Positions 35,196 through 42,484 of a DNA stretch of 45,044 bases are shown one piece after another (within the stretch, counting starts at the first letter, position 1; every line of letters starts with the position of its first letter). The stretch comes from an uncultured Gammaproteobacteria bacterium (lineage in GTDB: Bacteria > Patescibacteriota > Patescibacteriia > Patescibacteriales > CAZTIC01): assembly GCA_964613625.1 (NCBI GenBank), contig CAZTIC010000002.1:1-45044 (forward strand), read 5' to 3'. Position numbers and translations under genes: made by a program. The notes under the pieces are model-generated. The model searched no databases. It was not told the origin of the DNA and saw nothing but the letters and a program-made list of their open reading frames with translations.

Positions 35196-35282
35196 GGGGT
35201 GAACAATTCGCTATCACGTCAATTGTAATTAATATGCGTCTAGCAGGGGCGCTCAGTGTCTCACCCCAAACCCCGGATGGTT

Positions 35283-36782
35283 TTAAATAGGTAAATTTAT
35301 TTTTTTAACTATTCCTTTATTTGCGTCTACTTCAACTAAGTCTCCATCTTTAAATATTTGAGTAGCATTTTTTGTTCCGACAATACAAGGTTTTTTCATT
35401 TCGCGAGATATGATCGCGGCATGACAAAGGAGACCTCCTTCATCGGTTATAATTGCTGAAGCTTTTGACATTAAAGGAAGAAAATCAATATTTGTCATAG
35501 ATGTTGCCAAAACATCACCTATTTTTAGTTTAGATCCATTTTTCATCGGTGAAATTATAATTTTTATTTTTCCCAATATTTTGCCAGGACTAGCTGGAAT
35601 TCCACGTAATTTTTTAGATAATATTTTTGGCGTTGTACAATTTAACAATTTTGTAATTTCGTTTTTATCATATATAAAGTGGATTTTTTTATTATCAAAA
35701 TATAATGCAGAATATTTTTTTCTTTGGTTAATAGTAATTTTTTTGATTATAATTTTGTTTTCTTTTAATGATTTTTTTATTTCTTTTCTAGATAAAAATA
35801 ATAGATCAGATAAAGATATTTTTAATCGTTTAGCAATTTCTATATATAATTTGCTTGCATAATAATAGCCCTCTCTTCTAACATCATTACGATGATCTCT
35901 GTAATAAGCTATTTCATGACAAGTATTGATTAATTTAAATAGTTTTGAATTTTTATTTATATCGTTTAAAATTTTTTTAAAATTTATTTTTGTTGTATTA
36001 AATTGGTTGTTTATTTTTTTTATTTTTTGTTCTGGAGAGATTTTTTTGTCTTTTAATATTTTAGATACTTCTTTTCGAAAATATTTTATATTCAATGGTG
36101 GTTCATCAAAGTTTAATATATTAAAATAAGCGTATTTATTTGTAAGTTTTTTAAATTCTATATTTAATATAGATTTTTTTATTTTTTTATTTTTTATTTT
36201 TTCAGCCAAATGTAAAATATCTAATTTTTGTTTAAAAATCGCTGATTTTTTTTCGGGAAATAAAATAGTGTTTAAATAATGATCAAAATTGTTTTTTTGC
36301 TTTGTTTCTTTAAAATATTTTTTTAATTCTTTTTTTAATTCATTAACAATATATTCATCGAGAATAAAAATTATCCATAAAAAATTATTAAAATTATCCT
36401 CTTTTATTACAAATTTATTTAATAACTGAGATAAACTATTATTACTCATTTTTGATAGTTTATTTTTATCAAAATTTTTACAAAATTTTAAAAAAGAACT
36501 AAATATTTTTAAAGCTTGTTTTTCATATAATTCAAAAAATGATTTGCTATATATTTTTTTTAATAAATAATTTAGTATATTATTAAGTTGATTTTTATTA
36601 ACATAACATTGAGCTATTTCGTTTTCTATTATTATTAATTGGTTAGTAAATTTTGGTCCAAAGTATTTTGAAAAATATAAAGTGCAATTCATAATATTTT
36701 CTGCCCATCGAAAAGTAACTCTTCTTGTACCCCATTTTTTCCAATTATTTTTTTTGATTTTATTAATTATTATTTTATTCAT
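35283..36782 (-). CDS. PEP-utilizing-enzyme mobile (swivelling phosphohistidine) domain protein with uncharacterised N-terminal region
   Basis: C-terminal ~100 aa: GIPASPGKILGKIKII ... VLATSMTNIDFLPLMSKASAIITDEGGLLCHAAIISREMKKPCIVG. The first ~390 aa are K/N/I-rich and I recognise no motif in them. Confidence 0.7.
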   Translation of the reverse strand: MNKIIINKIKKNNWKKWGTRRVTFRWAENIMNCTLYFSKYFGPKFTNQLIIIENEIAQCYVNKNQLNNILNYLLKKIYSKSFFELYEKQALKIFSSFLKFCKNFDKNKLSKMSNNSLSQLLNKFVIKEDNFNNFLWIIFILDEYIVNELKKELKKYFKETKQKNNFDHYLNTILFPEKKSAIFKQKLDILHLAEKIKNKKIKKSILNIEFKKLTNKYAYFNILNFDEPPLNIKYFRKEVSKILKDKKISPEQKIKKINNQFNTTKINFKKILNDINKNSKLFKLINTCHEIAYYRDHRNDVRREGYYYASKLYIEIAKRLKISLSDLLFLSRKEIKKSLKENKIIIKKITINQRKKYSALYFDNKKIHFIYDKNEITKLLNCTTPKILSKKLRGIPASPGKILGKIKIIISPMKNGSKLKIGDVLATSMTNIDFLPLMSKASAIITDEGGLLCHAAIISREMKKPCIVGTKNATQIFKDGDLVEVDANKGIVKKINLPI

Positions 36783-36833
36783 ATAAAAATTTGTAGTTTA
36801 AGATAGAAATTTAATTAATTTGTTTAATTATAT

Positions 36834-37049
36834 TTAATAAGCTAAAATTAATTTAGTATTACTTTTGATTAATTTGGCGTAAATTCCGTATTTTGAGACT
36901 ATTTCTCGGAGGATTAGGATGATTATTATAGATATTACTATAGCCAAGTTTTCGTTGATAAAACTTAGGAAATAGAATATGTTTTTTTCTTCGTAGGCTC
37001 CGCCAATTGCGAAGGTTAGTGTGCCGAGGAGATCGAGTAAATAAATCAT
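36834..37049 (-). pseudogene. Possible truncated UPF0126/TRIC-type membrane protein fragment
   Basis: Only the first ~20 aa (LLDLLGTLTFAIGGA) resemble the UPF0126 motif. 71 aa versus the ~200 aa expected. An A7 run follows the motif. Confidence 0.3.
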
Positions 37050-37151
37050 AATAAGATAATTAAGTATTTAAATATTAGCAAATTAGTTAGTTAGTTACAA
37101 CTTAGTTATATAAAAATATAAAATTGTTCGGTTTATTTTTTTTAAATCGTC

Positions 37152-37185
37152 TCCTCTCCTAGACAGGAGAGGGTTAGGGTGAGGT
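37152..37185 (+). repeat. Hairpin + tail repeat, forward copy
   Basis: TCCTCTCC (37152-37159) tagaca GGAGAGGG (37166-37173) TTAGGGTGAGGT (37174-37185). Confidence 0.85.
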
Positions 37186-37218
37186 AGAAAAAAGGTCGTC
37201 AAAGACACTATCCTTGTT

Positions 37219-37256
37219 ACCCCTCACCCCAGCCCTCTCCCGGAAGGGAGAGGGGG
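37219..37256 (-). repeat. Hairpin + tail repeat, inverted copy
   Basis: ACCCCTCACCCCAG CCCTCTCC cggaag GGAGAGGG GG. The reverse complement reads CCCCCTCTCCCTTCCGGGAGAGGGCTGGGGTGAGGGGT. Confidence 0.85.
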
Positions 37257-37268
37257 TAAGACAATAAA

Positions 37269-38738
37269 ATGAAAAAAAATATAATTAAAATAAGAATAAT
37301 ATTTTGGACTATATTAGTAATAATAGTTTTTGCTTTGTTTTGGTTTGCAGTGGTGCCTATTGGCCGTGTTTCATATTTAACTGATTTTTGCAAATCTAGT
37401 GAATTTATTGGCGTACTGACTCCAACCGAAAGATTGGATGGTGATAGTGGATGTGTGCAAAAAATAATTGGTGATCCGGTTTATTTTTCACTAAGGACTC
37501 CAAGGACTTTTGACAAAGCTACGATGGAAATAAAATATAGAACTTCAGAAAATTATCCAGGGGTGATTGAGATTGGGAATTTGGTAGATAATATTGTTTG
37601 GCGTTATGATCTTGGCCCAATTGAAAATGAAGCGATTAATAAATTATCTTTGGTGTGGGACGCGATTCAGGAGGAAGAGATCATGTTACTTCAAAGAGAT
37701 AAGAAATATAATAATATACAAGATTTTTTAGACGAAATAGAGAAAGAAGATAGTGAAATAAACATTGATGAGTTATTGTTGTATAATTATGATTTGCAAA
37801 AAGAATATATTTTGAAAGATTATGTTTCAAGTGAAGAAAATAATTCTATAGTTATACCTCTTCGTGGTTCTTATCAATTTTATACATACATAAAAGACGA
37901 AGATTTAAAATTTGATTTTAGTATTATAGATTTAAATCAAAATAGAGATAAGGATAGTATTGAAGTATTAGTTTTTTATGAAGATCAAGTAATAGAAAGT
38001 GTCGAATTGGAAGATGACGGTAATAACAAGGATGATAGCGTTATGTCTCTAGAGCGAAATTTAAACCTTAATTCAGTTAACTTGCCCGAAGGAGTTTATA
38101 AAATAGAAATTAAGGCAAATAATGATATTATTACCACTAATATTGAAACCAAGCAAAGTAAATTATCTTTTATGAATAAGCTTTGGATATATAATAATGA
38201 TGATGATATTGAAAATATAGATTTATATACTAACAGCAACCATCTTCAGTTTAATACTGCAAGTCCTGAAAGTTTACAAACAGTAACGGTCAATGATAAA
38301 GATATAGCAATAGAAGAAACATACAGTCAATACGCAGTTAATGTTTTGCGAGCAAGTTCAACAGAATTATCTAAAATATATTTAGAGCGAGACGGAATCA
38401 TAGTGTCTGGAAATGGATTGTTTAGTTTTAATGAAGAAAATTATTTTAATCCAGTTATTAAAAAGTTTGATTCTAATGTTGATATTAATAATGAAAATAT
38501 TAATTTTGTCTTGGCTGATTATAAAATCCCAGACGTTGAGGGTGAGTGGAGGATAGTTACACAAGAATTTAATTTAAAAGATTCCTATCGAGAATTTTAT
38601 AAATACGGATTTATTATTTCTGTTCCGGGTCTAGATTCTGAAGATGATATCAATGACTGGGTCGAAATAGATAAAATAATATTTAATCTCGAAGGAAGAG
38701 GTTTATTTGAGAAGTTAAAAGAGATATTAGGTTTTTAA
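37269..38738 (+). CDS. Hypothetical membrane-anchored protein (single N-terminal TM, large acidic extracytoplasmic part)
   Basis: 489 aa. IIFWTILVIIVFALFWFAVVP anchor. I recognise no family. Confidence 0.55.
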   Translation: MKKNIIKIRIIFWTILVIIVFALFWFAVVPIGRVSYLTDFCKSSEFIGVLTPTERLDGDSGCVQKIIGDPVYFSLRTPRTFDKATMEIKYRTSENYPGVIEIGNLVDNIVWRYDLGPIENEAINKLSLVWDAIQEEEIMLLQRDKKYNNIQDFLDEIEKEDSEINIDELLLYNYDLQKEYILKDYVSSEENNSIVIPLRGSYQFYTYIKDEDLKFDFSIIDLNQNRDKDSIEVLVFYEDQVIESVELEDDGNNKDDSVMSLERNLNLNSVNLPEGVYKIEIKANNDIITTNIETKQSKLSFMNKLWIYNNDDDIENIDLYTNSNHLQFNTASPESLQTVTVNDKDIAIEETYSQYAVNVLRASSTELSKIYLERDGIIVSGNGLFSFNEENYFNPVIKKFDSNVDINNENINFVLADYKIPDVEGEWRIVTQEFNLKDSYREFYKYGFIISVPGLDSEDDINDWVEIDKIIFNLEGRGLFEKLKEILGF

Positions 38739-38739
38739 T

Positions 38740-38922
38740 ATGAAGAAAATATTTTTAAAAGAATTGTTTTATGTTCTGACTGGTGCGCTGGTTATTTTTG
38801 GCTTGATGGAGTTATTTTGGGATAGAGTAGTTTTGACTTATATTAATATAAATTGGGTCTTGATTTTGTGGTTGGTTGTTGCTATATTTATATTGTTGCA
38901 GAAATATGAAATTAACGAATAA
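38740..38922 (+). CDS. Small two-TM membrane protein
   Basis: 60 aa with two hydrophobic stretches. The ATG lies 1 nt after the upstream stop and immediately upstream of the SPFH gene. Confidence 0.45.
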   Translation: MKKIFLKELFYVLTGALVIFGLMELFWDRVVLTYININWVLILWLVVAIFILLQKYEINE

Positions 38923-38941
38923 AAATACGAAATTAACGAAT
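38905..38941 (+). repeat. 16-nt direct repeat, two copies 21 nt apart
   Basis: TATGAAATTAACGAAT (38905-38920) and TACGAAATTAACGAAT (38926-38941). Spans the stop codon of the 60-aa ORF. Confidence 0.7.
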
Positions 38942-38949
38942 TTTTTACC

Positions 38950-39999
38950 ATGAACATTAATTTTGAAAAAATTAAAAAAAATCTACCACTAATAATAATT
39001 GGGTTGTTTTTTATTGCGCCATTACTTAAATCAAAAATAGTTTTGGTACTTATTATTATTGGTTTTATATATTTTGTAATTAATAAATCAAAAAAAGGGA
39101 TTTTGTCTCAATTTTTGAATAATAAAAATAATATGGATAATGTAATAGACGTAAATAGTTTAAAAAATGTAAAAAAGGCTAAAAACTTATTTGTTAGTAT
39201 AATTTTAGCCGTTTTGGTTATTTGGTTATTCTTCGCTTCAATTGTAATAGTTGATGCTGGAGAAACTGGAGTGTATTCACTTTTTGGAAAAGTGAAGGAT
39301 GATGAGCTAAGATCAGGATTTCATCTTGTAATTCCTCTCGCAAAAGTTACAAAAATGAGTATTCGGACAGAGGAGTATACTATGAGTATAGCTCAAGGAG
39401 AAGGTAAGAAGATTGGCAATGATGCTATTGCCTCACTTACTAAAGAGGGCCTAAGTGTTGATCTTGATATGACAGTTTTTTACAAGCTAGATGAAAATAA
39501 AGCCTCTGATGTTTATAGAGAACTTGGTCTAACTTATGATGAAAAAATTATCAGACCAACAATTAGAACGGCAATTAGAGATGTGATCGCTCAGTACGAT
39601 GCCAAAGATATTTATAGTGAAAAAAGAGAAGAAGCAGCCGATAAAATATTAGAGGTAGTAAAAAATAATTTAGATCCAAGAGGAATAACGGTAGAGGAGG
39701 TTTTACTTAGAAATGTAGCCTTGCCAGCGAACCTTGCTAATAGTATTCAGGAAAAATTGCAGGCTGAACAAACTGCGCAAAAATACGATTTTTTACTTGA
39801 GACAGAAAAAAAGGAAAAAGAAAGAATAATTATTGAGGCCGAAGGTCAAAGAGATGCGCAAAAGATTATTAATGAAAGTTTAACTACAAATTATTTGTAT
39901 TATCTCTATATTAATGATTTGAAGAGTAGAGAGGGAACTATTTATGTTCCTACTAGTTCAAGTACTGGAATGCCTTTATTTAGAAATGTTGGTAATTAA
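38950..39999 (+). CDS. SPFH/Band-7 (prohibitin/HflK/C-like) membrane protein
   Basis: N-terminal TM segments, then IVDAGETGVYSLFGKV ... TKEGLSVDLDMTVFYK ... IRPTIRTAIRDVIAQYDAKDIYS, and a coiled-coil tail. Confidence 0.8.
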   Translation: MNINFEKIKKNLPLIIIGLFFIAPLLKSKIVLVLIIIGFIYFVINKSKKGILSQFLNNKNNMDNVIDVNSLKNVKKAKNLFVSIILAVLVIWLFFASIVIVDAGETGVYSLFGKVKDDELRSGFHLVIPLAKVTKMSIRTEEYTMSIAQGEGKKIGNDAIASLTKEGLSVDLDMTVFYKLDENKASDVYRELGLTYDEKIIRPTIRTAIRDVIAQYDAKDIYSEKREEAADKILEVVKNNLDPRGITVEEVLLRNVALPANLANSIQEKLQAEQTAQKYDFLLETEKKEKERIIIEAEGQRDAQKIINESLTTNYLYYLYINDLKSREGTIYVPTSSSTGMPLFRNVGN

Positions 40000-40013
40000 T
40001 TCTTTGCATAATT

Positions 40014-40466
40014 ATGATAAAAGATGTAGTAGTAAAAAAATTGAATAGATACGAAGATGAGCGAGGTTGGTTAACTGAAATTTATCGTGAGGATGAATTA
40101 AATTATCAATCGGTTATGTCTTATATAAGTTCAACCAAGCCGGGTGTAGTGCGCGGACCGCATGAGCATAAGGAACAGTCGGATATGTTTGTGTTTTTGG
40201 GTCCTGGGAGTTTTGAGCTACATCTTTGGGATAGGCGAGAGGATTCAGATACCAATGGAGAGTATTTTAAAGAAATATTTGGTGAAGATAATCCGGCGGC
40301 TGTAATAGTACCACCCGGAGTTGTTCATGGCTACAAAAATATTTCTGATATTGATGCAATATCTATTAATTTACCCAACAAGCTTTATAAAGGAAAGAAT
40401 AAACAAGAAGAAATTGATGAGATAAGGTGGGAAGATGACGAGAATTCACCATATAAGATAAATTAA
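40014..40466 (+). CDS. Short cupin of the dTDP-4-dehydrorhamnose 3,5-epimerase (RmlC-like) family
   Basis: 150 aa. DERGWLTEIYRED, VRGPHEHKEQSDMFVFL, VPPGVVHGYKN. Confidence 0.6.
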   Translation: MIKDVVVKKLNRYEDERGWLTEIYREDELNYQSVMSYISSTKPGVVRGPHEHKEQSDMFVFLGPGSFELHLWDRREDSDTNGEYFKEIFGEDNPAAVIVPPGVVHGYKNISDIDAISINLPNKLYKGKNKQEEIDEIRWEDDENSPYKIN

Positions 40467-40478
40467 AATAATAATCCA

Positions 40479-40512
40479 CAATTTTCAATTCGTAATTCGT
40501 GATTGAAAATTG
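40479..40512 (+). other. 11-bp-stem hairpin built from heptamer repeats
   Basis: CAATTTTCAAT (40479-40489) pairs with ATTGAAAATTG (40502-40512). The loop contains AATTCGT AATTCGT, and the 3' side continues as TGAAAAT TGAAAAT. No T-run follows. Confidence 0.5.
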
Positions 40513-40524
40513 AAAATTGATTAT

Positions 40525-40932
40525 ATGGATTGTGTATTTTGTAAAATAGTAGTGGGAGCTATTCCTAGCTACAAAATATATGAAAACGATCATACTTTAG
40601 CTTTTTTGGATATTAATCCAGTGAGTCCCGGTCATACTTTAGTGATTTCCAAAAAACATTATTCCAATCTAGAAGATATTCCAGAAAAGGAATTGTGCGA
40701 AATGATTAAAACTGTAAAAAAAGTTGGCAAAGCCCTTAAGGATGGCTTGGGAGTAGAGGGATATAATATTCTCAAAAACAATGACCCAGTTGCTGGACAA
40801 ATTATTCCTCACAATCATTTTCATGTAGTTCCAAGGAAAAAAGATGATAATCTTTCTCAGTGGCCACAAGATAAATACAAGGAGGGTGAAGCGGATAATA
40901 TTTCTAAGAAAATAATAAAAAATATTAATTAG
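40525..40932 (+). CDS. HIT-family (histidine triad) nucleotide hydrolase/transferase
   Basis: MDCVFCKIV start and HNHFHVVPR triad. The track start at 40510 is a TTG inside the hairpin, so ATG 40525 is preferred. Confidence 0.8.
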   Translation: MDCVFCKIVVGAIPSYKIYENDHTLAFLDINPVSPGHTLVISKKHYSNLEDIPEKELCEMIKTVKKVGKALKDGLGVEGYNILKNNDPVAGQIIPHNHFHVVPRKKDDNLSQWPQDKYKEGEADNISKKIIKNIN

Positions 40933-40962
40933 TAAATTTACTTGCAAATTCATATCTTTATA

Positions 40963-40990
40963 GTTATGAGTTATGCGTTATGAGTTATGC
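40963..40990 (+). repeat. Four tandem heptamers GTTATGA/GTTATGC overlapping the rfbB start codon
   Basis: GTTATGA (40963) GTTATGC (40970) GTTATGA (40977) GTTATGC (40984). The ATG of the last unit (40987) is the rfbB start. Confidence 0.85.
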
Positions 40991-41958
40991 GATTATTAGT
41001 AACAGGTGGGGCTGGGTTTATCGGCTCCAATTTTATACATTATTGGCTAGAGAAATATTCAGATGATTATATTATAAATCTGGATATTTTGACTTATGCT
41101 GGTAATTTGGAGAATTTAAAAAACGTTGAAAATAATAAAAACTATAAATTTGTTAAAGGGGATATTTGTGATGTGAAACTAGTTAATGATTTAGTTAAAG
41201 ATGTAGATTTGATTGTTCATTTTGCGGCTGAATCTCATGTTGATCGATCAGTGGTAAATAGCGAAGACTTTATACGAACCAATGTTGAAGGTACTCGAGT
41301 GTTGCTAGATGCGGCCAAGAATAATGGTGGCATTAGATTTCATCATATTTCAACTGATGAGGTTTTTGGGAGTCTTGATTTAAATGATTCAAAATTTAAT
41401 GAACTTACTTCGTATGACCCAAGAAGTCCGTATAGTGCCTCCAAGGCTGGATCTGATCATTTGGTAAGAGCTTATTGTCACACTCATAATTTACCAATCA
41501 CAATTTCAAATTGCTCAAATAATTATGGCCCTTATCAATTTCCTGAAAAACTTATTCCATTATTTATTACAAATTTGATAGAAGGCGAGAAGGTTCCAGT
41601 CTATGGAGAGGGTAAAAATATCAGAGATTGGATTCATGTGGATGATCATAACAGAGGAGTTGATATGATAATTAAAAAAGGTAAAATTGGAGAAACTTAT
41701 TGTCTTGGCGGAGATAACGAATTAACAAATCTAGAATTAACAAAAAAGGTTTTGAAGATAATGAATAATAGTGAAGAGATGATAGCATATGTAGATGATC
41801 GCCCTGGACATGATTTGCGTTATGCAATTGATTTTTCCAAAGCAAAAAAAGAGTTAGGCTGGGAGCCAGAAATTAATATTGAAAATGGATTAGTGCAGAC
41901 TGTGGGATGGTACAAGGATAACGAAGAGTGGTGGAAAAAAATTAAATTTAAAAAATAG
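40987..41958 (+). CDS. rfbB: dTDP-glucose 4,6-dehydratase
   Basis: MRLLVTGGAGFIGSNF, HFAAESHVDRS, YSASKAGSDHLVRAY, NCSNNYGPYQFPEKLIP. Confidence 0.9.
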   Translation: MRLLVTGGAGFIGSNFIHYWLEKYSDDYIINLDILTYAGNLENLKNVENNKNYKFVKGDICDVKLVNDLVKDVDLIVHFAAESHVDRSVVNSEDFIRTNVEGTRVLLDAAKNNGGIRFHHISTDEVFGSLDLNDSKFNELTSYDPRSPYSASKAGSDHLVRAYCHTHNLPITISNCSNNYGPYQFPEKLIPLFITNLIEGEKVPVYGEGKNIRDWIHVDDHNRGVDMIIKKGKIGETYCLGGDNELTNLELTKKVLKIMNNSEEMIAYVDDRPGHDLRYAIDFSKAKKELGWEPEINIENGLVQTVGWYKDNEEWWKKIKFKK

Positions 41959-41988
41959 TAAAACATATTTTGAAATTAAATATTTATT

Positions 41989-42020
41989 AAAATACTAGTT
42001 TAAAAGCTAGTATTTTTATT
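41989..42020 (+). terminator. Rho-independent terminator after rfbB
   Basis: AAAATACTAG (41989-41998), loop tttaaaag, CTAGTATTTT (42007-42016), then TATT. Confidence 0.65.
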
Positions 42021-42088
42021 GTAATTAAAATTTTGTATTAAATATTTATTTTCTGCTATAATATAGTTATAAATAAAATATTAAATTT

Positions 42089-42484
42089 ATGAATAAAAAG
42101 ATATATATTTTAGAGGACGATGCAAATATGTTGTCTGGTTTGCAGGCTAAATTGAGTTTAGTTAATTTTAGTTGTAAAACTAGCAGTGGAAATGTAAGAA
42201 TAGAGGAAATTATTAAAGATATTCGGATGTATAATCCAGATTATTTGATAATTGATCTGGTGTTGCCAAAAATTGACGGTTTTAATATTGTTAAATTAAT
42301 TAAAGAGGATGAGATATTAAAGCACAAGATTTTGTTTGTTTTTACTAGCTTGAGTGATAATGATTCTAGAGAAAAAAGTGAACGACTTGGAGTGGATCAT
42401 TTTTTTGTAAAAGGTGAGTTGGGCATTGATGAATTTATTGAAAAATTTATAAATATTATAAAAAATAAGGAAAAAAATAAATGA
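42089..42484 (+). CDS. Stand-alone response-regulator receiver domain (CheY-like)
   Basis: 131 aa. ILEDD acidic pair, LIIDLVLPKIDGF (phospho-acceptor Asp), FVFTSL, FFVKG. No output domain. ATGA overlap with the next gene. Confidence 0.8.
   Translation: MNKKIYILEDDANMLSGLQAKLSLVNFSCKTSSGNVRIEEIIKDIRMYNPDYLIIDLVLPKIDGFNIVKLIKEDEILKHKILFVFTSLSDNDSREKSERLGVDHFFVKGELGIDEFIEKFINIIKNKEKNK

Noticed and set aside
34787-35282. tRNA, tmRNA, SRP RNA, RNase P or 6S RNA hidden in the long spacer
   Set aside because: I could find no T-loop (GTTCRANYC), no SRP domain-IV motif, no tmRNA tag frame and no RNase P conserved boxes. The structure is explained by repeat copies and terminators. A covariance-model scan is still needed to be certain.
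40510-40524. TTG start for the HIT gene
   Set aside because: The TTG lies within the 3' arm of the 40479-40512 hairpin. The ATG at 40525 yields the canonical MDCVFCKI N-terminus of HIT proteins.
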